Shown in pieces: positions 1 to 8,091 of a stretch of DNA of 54,044 bases. A program made the translations under genes and the position numbers. Source of the DNA: Gemmatimonadales bacterium (lineage in GTDB: Bacteria; Gemmatimonadota; Gemmatimonadetes; Gemmatimonadales; GWC2-71-9); assembly GCA_041613315.1 (NCBI GenBank), contig JBFJHJ010000020.1, forward strand, positions 1 through 54,044. Direction: 5' to 3'. The notes under the pieces are model-generated. The model was not told where the DNA came from. It did not search any database and was given only the letters and a program-made list of their open reading frames with translations. How positions within the stretch are numbered: position 1 is the first letter of the stretch; each line of letters begins with the position of its first letter.

Positions 1-96
1 GCTCGAGGGCGTGGCCTCCCGCGTACGCTGTGCCGGGTCGGGGTCGAGTGAGCGGCGGCGCACGTCCCCCGGCGGGACCGGGCGCCGGCCGGCGCC

Positions 97-234
97 TCAG
101 CGGGTCGTCAAGGCGATCGTACGCCGCGCGGTGACGGGACGGGTGCGGCGCGGCAGCTTCCTGCCGATCCACAGATCCCCGAGATCCGCCAGCCAGCGCA
201 GATACGTCTCGCTATCCAAGTGCACGGTCACCAC
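97..234 (-). CDS. possible small hypothetical protein (45 aa)
   Basis: GGAGAGG SD-like sequence just before GTG at 234, within ORF 97..330; no family recognised. Confidence 0.3.
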   Translation of the reverse strand: MVTVHLDSETYLRWLADLGDLWIGRKLPRRTRPVTARRTIALTTR

Positions 235-381
235 TGTGCCTCTCCGCGTGAGCCCGATCCACCTGCGTTTCGGGCGTCGTTCACGGCCTGCCGGTGTGTC
301 CGGCCAAGGGCAGACCAGCCGTGGGCGCATCCACTATCGCAACAAGATGCGTGCCAGGCGTGGAAGCGGAGCGAAAACGCG

Positions 382-412
382 ATGTAAGTAATTGTCCACA
401 ATTATCTTACAT
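382..412. promoter_or_regulatory. AT-rich imperfect palindrome, likely protein-binding site
   Basis: ATGTAAGTAATTGT-CC-ACAATTATCTTACAT inverted repeat with one bulged base, in a GC-rich background; contains TTGTCCACA. Confidence 0.5.
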
Positions 413-593
413 GCAATCGCCGAGGAAGGCTGGATCGTGAGGTTCGGCACGAGCCGCGACGCATTCAGCGGACATTTGCCGTCCTTTTGCGTGGACACCC
501 GCAAGAACTGGCAGGAACCGGTGAGCGCCATCACCGTCCGGAGTCGGGTCTGGCCCGAGGGGTGTCGCGGGACGCCGTCTTAATCGCTTGGCG

Positions 594-1403
594 TCAGCGC
601 ACTTCGAACGTCAGCGTCGCCCACTTGGACTCGTAGTCGAGTCCCTCCTCTTCGACGGGCGCCATGTGGATGAACTTGACGTACCACCGGCCGGCCGCGG
701 TCAACGGGAACATGGCCACCCCGTTGCCGTCGGTCCGCACCGATCGCTCAGCGATCGGCTGGCCGTCGCTGGCCTCGCCGCCGGCGATCGCGAGCTGGTG
801 CCGGGCGGGGAGACCATCCACCAGGCAGCGGACCCGCAGCGTGTCGCCGACTCGCAGGTGAGAGGGGTTGGCGAGCGGTACGATCTCGGCGGGGTAGCCG
901 AGGACGGCGGCGTATCCCTCGCTCCGGGTTGCGCCAACTTGAAATACGGCCTTCACGTGTTTGCCATACCGCTCGCGAGCGGGCCGGTCCAGCTCGCCGT
1001 CGCGTGTGCGCGCTTCCAGGATGTCGGGAATCCCGTCGTGTTCGAGGTACGCGTTGAAGTCCTCGGCCGAGAGCTCGAGGGCTCTCGGGTGCGTCGAGGC
1101 TCCCAGGACGTAGGTCCCCGCCGCCCCAGCGCGGATCGTCACGAACGTGGTGTCACCTCGCGCGGCCCACTGACCGGCGTCGAGCCGGGCGCGCCCGGTC
1201 GGCGCCACGAGACTCAAGTCGGCGACCCGGTCCCAGGTGATGGCGTTCTCACTTTGGGCGAAGGTACCGTTCAGGATCGGCACGACGGCCGTGGCGCCGG
1301 GCTCGATGGAATAGCGGTCGAGCTTGATGAATAGATCGTGCGCCTGGAGTAGCGACACGAGGCCGACGAGCAGAATGACCAGTGCGGCGAGACGTCTGCG
1401 CAT
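594..1403 (-). CDS. DUF4198 family periplasmic protein (NikM-like, metal uptake associated)
   Basis: Signal peptide ending QAHDLFI; RERYGKHVKA, EIVPLANP, TDGNG and GRWYVKFIHM...YESKWATLTF motifs. Confidence 0.85.
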   Translation of the reverse strand: MRRRLAALVILLVGLVSLLQAHDLFIKLDRYSIEPGATAVVPILNGTFAQSENAITWDRVADLSLVAPTGRARLDAGQWAARGDTTFVTIRAGAAGTYVLGASTHPRALELSAEDFNAYLEHDGIPDILEARTRDGELDRPARERYGKHVKAVFQVGATRSEGYAAVLGYPAEIVPLANPSHLRVGDTLRVRCLVDGLPARHQLAIAGGEASDGQPIAERSVRTDGNGVAMFPLTAAGRWYVKFIHMAPVEEEGLDYESKWATLTFEVR

Positions 1404-1583
1404 GCAGCCTCCGAGGCCGGGTGAGTCCGAGAGTTGGGAAGGGCGGCCGGCGCAATAGACGGCTTGGGCGCGTGGGTGGCAAGGCCAACACGCTCGCCCC
1501 CGCGCGGAGGGGACTCTGCACGGGGTCCCGCGTGAGCGCGTTCAGGACTTGCTGCGCGGTATCTTCGGCGTACCTTCGGTGGC

Positions 1584-2057
1584 ATGCGCATCTTCCCCCG
1601 GTACACCTTACCTGCTGCGGCCCTCGCGCTCGTTGTCCTGGCGTGCCGCGCGGACGTCGCTCGAGACGGTCCCATGAAGAAGCTCACCCCTGTCATCTTC
1701 GTCGAGGAGATCGAGCCGTGCCTGGCGTTTTGGGAAGACCGGCTCGGGTTCCAGCGAACTATCGAGGTGCCCGACGGTGGTCGGCTCGGCTTTGCCGCGG
1801 TGGCCAACGGGAACGTCGAGGTGATGTATCAGAGCCGCGCCAGCATCGCGGCCGACGTTCCTGCGCTGGCCGAGGGACCCTTCGCCAAGTCCGGCGCGTT
1901 GTTCATCGAGGTGCAGAGCCTCGACGCCCTCAAGCCGAAGCTGGAGGGGGTCGAGGTGGTGGTGCCGGAACGGACGACCTTCTACGGCGCGCGCGAGATT
2001 TTCGTGCGGGCGCCCTGCGGCACCGTGGTGGGCTTCGCGGAGATGACGGGGAGCTGA
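1584..2057 (+). CDS. VOC/glyoxalase family protein, possibly with lipoprotein signal
   Basis: KLTPVIFVEEIE..LAFW.DRLGF and TFYGAREIFVRAPCG.VVGF VOC motifs; N-terminal VVLAC lipobox-like; alternative start ATG 1674. Confidence 0.85.
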   Translation: MRIFPRYTLPAAALALVVLACRADVARDGPMKKLTPVIFVEEIEPCLAFWEDRLGFQRTIEVPDGGRLGFAAVANGNVEVMYQSRASIAADVPALAEGPFAKSGALFIEVQSLDALKPKLEGVEVVVPERTTFYGAREIFVRAPCGTVVGFAEMTGS

Positions 2058-2118
2058 GCCGGCGCACCTTCCCGGGGGGGCAGCCGACCTAGGTGGAGAG
2101 AGTGACGCAGGGCTGGAT

Positions 2119-4767
2119 GTGATGCGGTCGTCGATGGCGGAAACCTCGCGCGCGGCCGGACGCGCGCCCCCGCCCCTCGTGTGGGCGGTCGCATTGCTGG
2201 TGGCGACGGTGTTGGCGCCGTGCGCGCTCGGCGCTCAAGCCGCCGGCCCCGGGCCGCCACAAACAGTGACCGTGGTTCCCGGGCCGCAGTACCGTGCGGG
2301 ATGGCCGCACCGGCTCTTCCTCGGCGCCCACTATCGCGATCTCTGGACCATCCCGATCGACGTTCCCGTCCTCGACGTGGAGCGCTTCGCCGGTGGCCTC
2401 ACGCCGGTCCGGCGTGGCGGCGGGCGTCAGACGAAGTCGCTGCACTTCGATGGCGATGACGGCCGCCGGTACGCGTTCCGCTCCCTCGACAAGGATCCGA
2501 CGCTGGCGCTTCCGAAGGAGCTGCGGGAGTCGCTGGTGGACAATGTGTTGCAGGATCAGATCAGTGCGCAGCACCCCGCGGCAGCTCTCGTGGTGGCGCC
2601 GCTCCTCGACGCCGCCGGCGTCCTGCACACCCAGCCGCAGCTCTTCGTGCTCCCCGACGATCCCCGACTCGGCGAGTTTCGCGCCGAGTTCGCCGGCATG
2701 CTCGGTACGATTGAGCCGCGGGCCGACGAGGCGGAGGGTGGTGAGCCCGGCTTCGCCGGCTCGAGCGACGTGGTCGGGACGCTCAAGATGTTCGAGCGGC
2801 GCGAGGCGGACCCGCGGCATCGCGTGCAGGCGCGCGCGTACCTGCTGGCGCGTCTCATGGACATCTTCGTCGGCGACTGGGATCGGCACCTCGACCAGTG
2901 GCGGTGGGCCGGCTTCGCCCGCGACGGCGGGGTCGCCTGGTACCCCGTGCCCGAAGATCGCGATCAGGCGTTCGCGCGAATGGATGGCGTCCTGCTGTGG
3001 GTGGCGCGCTGGTTCCTGCCCCAGTTGGTGGGGTTCGGCCCCGACTACCCGAGCCTGCTCGGCCTGACCTGGAGCGCGAAGGAACTCGACCGGCGCCTGC
3101 TCGCGGAGCTCGAGTGGCCCGCGTGGGACTCGGTCGCCGCGTCGCTCGAGGCGCGGCTCACGGACTCGGTCATCGAGGCCGCGGTGCGACGCATGCCAGC
3201 CGAGATGTATCCGGCGAACGGCGCTGAGCTGACCTTCCAGCTGAAGCGACGGCGCGACGGGCTGCGCGCTGCCGCCCGATCGGCCTACGCCCTTCTGGCG
3301 CATGTGGTGGACATCCATGCCAGCGACGCGGCCGAGCGAGTCGCGGTGCACGCGGTGGATGAGCGGTACGTGGACATCCGGGCCGAGGCCAAGGGAGAGG
3401 TCGCGTTTCGCCGCCGGTTCGACCGCCGGGAAACCGCAGAGCTTCGCCTCTACCTCCATGGTGGTGACGATGAGGTGCTCATCACCGGCTCGGCGTCGAA
3501 TGGTATGGTCGTGCGGGTGGTCGGCGGTGGGGGGGACGATGTGCTCACCGATTCGACACAGGGGCGTTGGGTGGTACGCACGTATCTCTATGACGACCGG
3601 GGGGACAACGAGTTCGTGCGGGGTCCGAACACGAAGGTCGATACGCGCTCGCCGCACCCGCGCCCCGAAGCGGAGGCGTTTGCGCCTCCGGGGCGGAGCG
3701 ACGAAGCGCCGATCGGCCTGGGCCAGCGTGACTGGGGCCATCGCTGGTTGCCGCTGCCGTGGCTCACCTTCGATCCCGATCTCGGGGCCTTTGTGGGCGC
3801 TGGGACCATCGGGTACACCTACGGCTTTCGCCGGCTGCCGTACCAGGCGCGGGTGCGCGCGCGGGCCGGCTTCGCCACGGGGCCCCGGCGGATTCGCTTC
3901 GAATTCGAGGCCGAGGTTCCGCAGCTCGCGGCAGGTCTGGCGGGGGCTTTGCGGCTCCGGTTCTCCGGGATCGACATCATTCACTTCCATGGGTTCGGTA
4001 ACGAAACAGCCGCCCCCGGGCCCGCCGAGTTCTACAAAGCGCGGCAACAGGTCTTGGAAGCGGAGCCGTGGCTCACGGCCGCCCCGACGCCGGGGCTCGA
4101 GCTGTCCTTCGGCCCGACGCTACGCCTGGGTCACAGCGATCTGCAGGCGGGGACGCTCATCGCGCAAGCACTCCCCTATGGCGTGGACAGCGTGGGAGTG
4201 TTCACCCAGGCGGGCGTGCGGGCGCGCCTCGAGCTCGATCTGCGGGACCGGCCGGTGGCGGCGCGCCGGGGCGTGCTGGTGCGCGCGCATGGCCGGTATT
4301 TCCCCGGCATGTTCAGCGTGGAGGAGCCGTTCGGCGGCCTGCGGGCGGAGGCCGCCACCTACCTCTCCCCGCGCGTCGGGGGCGATCCAACACTGGCGCT
4401 GCGGGTGGGCGGGGAGAAGGTCTGGGGGCGCTTCCCGTTTCACGAGGCGGCGTACCTCGGCGGGGGCGAGGCCTTGCGCGGCTTCCGGAAGCAGCGGTTC
4501 GCCGGTGACGCGTCGCTGTACGGAAATGCGGAGTTGCGCGTCACGGTGACGGACATCTACGTGGGTCTCCCCGGAGCGTTCGGCGTCTTTGCGCTGGTGG
4601 ACGCGGGTCGCGTGTTTCTCAGCGGGGAAACCTCGACCCGGTGGCACGCGGCGGGCGGGGGTGGGATCTGGTTCGCGTTCCTCGACCGCGCCAACACGGT
4701 GAGCCTTGGGGCCGTCCGGAGTCGCGAGGGCCTTGGTGTCTATGCGCGGGCGGGGTTCCCGTTCTGA
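2119..4767 (+). CDS. Omp85/BamA-TamA family outer-membrane protein with N-terminal atypical kinase-like domain
   Basis: Signal peptide; GGGRQT, DWDRHLDQW and PEDRDQAF kinase-like motifs; C-terminal barrel with LGGGEALRGF..RF.G, DAGRV and terminal F. Confidence 0.8.
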   Translation: MMRSSMAETSRAAGRAPPPLVWAVALLVATVLAPCALGAQAAGPGPPQTVTVVPGPQYRAGWPHRLFLGAHYRDLWTIPIDVPVLDVERFAGGLTPVRRGGGRQTKSLHFDGDDGRRYAFRSLDKDPTLALPKELRESLVDNVLQDQISAQHPAAALVVAPLLDAAGVLHTQPQLFVLPDDPRLGEFRAEFAGMLGTIEPRADEAEGGEPGFAGSSDVVGTLKMFERREADPRHRVQARAYLLARLMDIFVGDWDRHLDQWRWAGFARDGGVAWYPVPEDRDQAFARMDGVLLWVARWFLPQLVGFGPDYPSLLGLTWSAKELDRRLLAELEWPAWDSVAASLEARLTDSVIEAAVRRMPAEMYPANGAELTFQLKRRRDGLRAAARSAYALLAHVVDIHASDAAERVAVHAVDERYVDIRAEAKGEVAFRRRFDRRETAELRLYLHGGDDEVLITGSASNGMVVRVVGGGGDDVLTDSTQGRWVVRTYLYDDRGDNEFVRGPNTKVDTRSPHPRPEAEAFAPPGRSDEAPIGLGQRDWGHRWLPLPWLTFDPDLGAFVGAGTIGYTYGFRRLPYQARVRARAGFATGPRRIRFEFEAEVPQLAAGLAGALRLRFSGIDIIHFHGFGNETAAPGPAEFYKARQQVLEAEPWLTAAPTPGLELSFGPTLRLGHSDLQAGTLIAQALPYGVDSVGVFTQAGVRARLELDLRDRPVAARRGVLVRAHGRYFPGMFSVEEPFGGLRAEAATYLSPRVGGDPTLALRVGGEKVWGRFPFHEAAYLGGGEALRGFRKQRFAGDASLYGNAELRVTVTDIYVGLPGAFGVFALVDAGRVFLSGETSTRWHAAGGGGIWFAFLDRANTVSLGAVRSREGLGVYARAGFPF

Positions 4768-4935
4768 CGAGGGCAGCCGTTCTGGCCCGACAGCGGTCGG
4801 ACAGTGCGCTTGCCGCCCACCACCCCGCGCGCCCGCCGTCCGCGGCTGCTCGGTGTCGGACGGGACGACAGCCCGGTCTGCGCGCCGGTATATTGCTCAC
4901 GACCGTGTCCCCGACGCCGCTCCGGGTGATTCGCG

Positions 4936-7900
4936 ATGTTCACTGATGCCGCCGTTCGTCTTGACGTTCCCAGCGCGACGCTGCTGACGCAGATCGCGGC
5001 GGCGCCCCTTCCGCTGGGCCTCAGGGGCTCCCGCCCGCGCGTCACGTTCCATCGCGACGTGTACCTCGACACGCCCGATGCGATCCTCCAGCAGCGCGGC
5101 GTCACGTGCCGGTTCCGCACCAGCATGGACGATCGCCGGTTGCTCACGATTACGATGCGCGTCAGCGTCGGCGACGGGTCGCTCGTCGAGTGGCGGCGGT
5201 ACGAGGCGGAGGTCCCCGAGCTCGATGCGGCCGACGCGCTCGTCGGCGGGTCGAAACCGGCGCGTCGGCTCCGCGCGTTGATCGATCCCCGCCAACTCGG
5301 CGTGCGGGTGGAGCTGCAGACGCAGCGGCGCACGATGACCGTCCGGGCCGGCGTTCTGCCCCTCGACCGCTTCGTGATTCACTTGGATGCCGTGAGCGTG
5401 CGGGGCGGGAGTCTGGTGCGCACGTTCCACGAGCTCGTGATCCGCAAGCTCGTGACCGGGGGACGGGAGCTCGAGGCGTTGCGGGACGCTTTTCGCGCGA
5501 CGTACGGGCTCGACCCGGTCGAGGCCCCGCGCTTCCAGCGCGCCGAGGAGCTGCTGGATGCCATGGAGCGGGCGCCCGCCGCGTCGCCCGGCCCGAGGCC
5601 CGCCGAGGCCGTGCTCCTCGCGGTGGCCGACGGTCGCGTGGTGATGCGGCAGACCGACGGCACGCTCCGGCTGCCGGCGGTGACCGGAGGCGGCGAAGCG
5701 CCCTGCCGCCGCCTCGCAACGGAGCTGGGACTTCCCGCGGCGACACTCCGCCGCATCGGAGCCGTGCCCGCCCCGCCGGGGGAGCCGCCGCTCGAGGTCT
5801 GGCTCGCCGCGGCCGCACCGTCGGAGGCGCCCGCGGGGTTCGTGTGGGTACCGGTGGCCACTGTGATCGGCCTGGCGGGACACCCCGCGCTGCGGGATGC
5901 CCAAAGTCTCGCGGCGCTCGCCGTGTTCGCGTCTTCGGGCGAGTTCGATGCGATCGCGCCCGATGGCGCGGCGTCCGCCGCAGCGGACACGGCTCAGTGG
6001 GCCCCCCCGTCACCGGCCGGGACGGCGGATCGCTACCTGAATCCCGAGATCAGTTGGCTGGAGTTCAATCGCCGCCTGGTCGAGTTGGCCGACGACCCGG
6101 CGACGCCGCTCCTCGCGCGGCTGCGGTACCTGGCGATCCTGAGTGGCAACCTCGACGAGTTCTTCATGGTGCGGGTCGGATCGCTCCGACGCGCCCTGGC
6201 TGACGGGGAGGACGAGCGGGGCGACGACGGGCTCAACGTGCGCGAGCAGCTTGACGCCATCGCGATCCAGGTGCGCGGCCTCGTGCGGGCGCAGCGCCGC
6301 AGCCTGGAGCGGCTTCGGGAAGCGCTGGTGGAGCACGATGTCCGGATCCGCCGGTGGCACGAGCTCGACGCCGACGAGCAGGCGGAGCTCACGACGTTTT
6401 TCCACGACCAGGTGTTGCCACTCCTCACCCCGCACGCGATCACCCGCGCGCCGGGGCACCCGTTCCCCCACATCCCCAACCTTGAGCTCGCGCTCGGTCT
6501 CATGGTGCGGGACCCCCAGAGCGGGCGCCTGCGGTTCGGGTCGATTGCGCTCCCCACGGCGTTGCCGCGGCTCGCCCAGCTCCGGGCGCGCCCGCATTTC
6601 GTGCCGCTGGAGGATGTAGTGGGCGCTCACCTTCAGGAGCTGTATCCCAGTCGGACAGTGGAGGCGGCGCACTGCTTCCGGGTCACGCGGGCCGGCGATC
6701 TCGCGCTGGACGAGCGGGCGACCGACGACTTGCTCGACGCGGTGGAACAGGAGGTCCGGCGACGCCCCTTTGCCGGCGTCGTGCGACTGGAGCTGGAGCG
6801 CGAGATGCCCGAAGCACTGCGCGATCTGTTGCTCCGGGAGCTGCGCATGGTGGGTGGCGGCCGGTCCGGTGCGCCGGGACGCTCAGGCCTCTACGAAGTG
6901 GAGGGTCTGTTCGATCTTGGTGCCCTGAGGGAGGTCGCGGCGCTCAACAGGCCCGAGCTGGACTATCCGCCGTTCGACGGCGCGCTCCCGCTCGCGCGGA
7001 ACGAGTCGGTGTTCTCCGTACTCCAGGGGCGCGAGCTGCTCGTCCACCACCCCTACGACGCGTTCGACGGGTCCGTGCTCCGTCTCCTCACCGACGCGGC
7101 GGAGGATCCCGATGTCCTGGCCATCAAGATGACGCTGTACCGTGCGGGCGCGCGCTCGCCCGTGGTGGATGCGCTCCTGCGGGCGGCTGGCGCCGGGAAA
7201 GAAGTGGATGTCTTCGTCGAGCTCAAGGCCCGCTTCGACGAGGAGCGCAACATCGACTGGGTCCGCAAGCTGGAGCGGGCCGGCGTCCACGTCGTGTACG
7301 GGCTGGTCGACCTCAAGATCCACGCCAAGGTGGCCCTGGTGGTGCGGCGCGAAGGCGCGACCATCCGGCGCTACGCGCACGTGGGCACCGGCAACTACCA
7401 TGCGGCGACCGCGCGGCTGTACACGGATGTCGGACTGATGACGGCGGACGGCGTTCTGGGTGGCGACCTCGCGGCGCTGTTCAACGGGCTGACCGGCTCG
7501 TCCGAGCCGCCGGACGGACCGTTCCGCCGGTTACTCGTGGCGCCCCGGTTCATGCTGGAGCGCTTCCTCGCCCTCATTGAACGCGAGACGGAGCACGCGC
7601 GGGCGCGCCGAGGTGGCCGGATTCGCGTCAAGATCAACGGCCTCGCGGATCGGGACCTCGTCGAGGCGCTGTACCGCGCGGCGCAGGCCGGCGTAGAGGT
7701 GGAGTTGCTGGTGCGAAGCATCTGCACCCTCCGCGCCGGGGTGCCGGGCCTCTCGGAGCGGATCCGCGTGATCTCGGTCATGGGCCGGTTCCTGGAACAC
7801 GCACGGATCTTCTACTTCGCGAACGGCGGCGAGGACGAGTATTACATCGGGTCGGCCGATTGGCGGCCGCGCAACCTCCGGCGGCGGGTCGAAGTCGTGA

Positions 7901-8091
7901 CCCCCGTCGTCGACCCCGCCGCCTGCGCCCGGCTCGAGGCGATCCTGGAGCGGGAGGTGGCGGACGGGAGCGCATGGGAGTTGCGGCCCGACGGCTCGTA
8001 CCGTCGCCGCGGCTCAGGCGGGGGGTCGGTGGCGCAAGACGCGTTCATGCACGAGACCCGTCGGGCGCGCGAGCGCGTGTTGTCGGGCTAG
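4936..8091 (+). CDS. ppk1: polyphosphate kinase 1 with N-terminal CYTH-like and NUDIX-like extensions
   Basis: YLNPEISWLEFNRR, NLDEFFMVRV, HHPYD, KMTLYR, ELKARFDEERNI, KIHAK, GTGNY, RFLEHARI and SADWRPRNL; N-terminal RDVYLDTPD..L..RG..CRFR (CYTH-like). Confidence 0.95.
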   Translation: MFTDAAVRLDVPSATLLTQIAAAPLPLGLRGSRPRVTFHRDVYLDTPDAILQQRGVTCRFRTSMDDRRLLTITMRVSVGDGSLVEWRRYEAEVPELDAADALVGGSKPARRLRALIDPRQLGVRVELQTQRRTMTVRAGVLPLDRFVIHLDAVSVRGGSLVRTFHELVIRKLVTGGRELEALRDAFRATYGLDPVEAPRFQRAEELLDAMERAPAASPGPRPAEAVLLAVADGRVVMRQTDGTLRLPAVTGGGEAPCRRLATELGLPAATLRRIGAVPAPPGEPPLEVWLAAAAPSEAPAGFVWVPVATVIGLAGHPALRDAQSLAALAVFASSGEFDAIAPDGAASAAADTAQWAPPSPAGTADRYLNPEISWLEFNRRLVELADDPATPLLARLRYLAILSGNLDEFFMVRVGSLRRALADGEDERGDDGLNVREQLDAIAIQVRGLVRAQRRSLERLREALVEHDVRIRRWHELDADEQAELTTFFHDQVLPLLTPHAITRAPGHPFPHIPNLELALGLMVRDPQSGRLRFGSIALPTALPRLAQLRARPHFVPLEDVVGAHLQELYPSRTVEAAHCFRVTRAGDLALDERATDDLLDAVEQEVRRRPFAGVVRLELEREMPEALRDLLLRELRMVGGGRSGAPGRSGLYEVEGLFDLGALREVAALNRPELDYPPFDGALPLARNESVFSVLQGRELLVHHPYDAFDGSVLRLLTDAAEDPDVLAIKMTLYRAGARSPVVDALLRAAGAGKEVDVFVELKARFDEERNIDWVRKLERAGVHVVYGLVDLKIHAKVALVVRREGATIRRYAHVGTGNYHAATARLYTDVGLMTADGVLGGDLAALFNGLTGSSEPPDGPFRRLLVAPRFMLERFLALIERETEHARARRGGRIRVKINGLADRDLVEALYRAAQAGVEVELLVRSICTLRAGVPGLSERIRVISVMGRFLEHARIFYFANGGEDEYYIGSADWRPRNLRRRVEVVTPVVDPAACARLEAILEREVADGSAWELRPDGSYRRRGSGGGSVAQDAFMHETRRARERVLSG

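Noticed and set aside
392..400. oriC from DnaA-box-like TTGTCCACA
   Set aside because: Single box, no cluster or unwinding element, and no dnaA/dnaN context
2089..4047. 652-aa minus-strand ORF and similar long antisense or alternate-frame ORFs (e.g. 34115..35647, 44132..45520, 48005..49357)
   Set aside because: Arg/Pro/Gly-rich shadows of well-supported genes, expected from stop-codon scarcity at high GC
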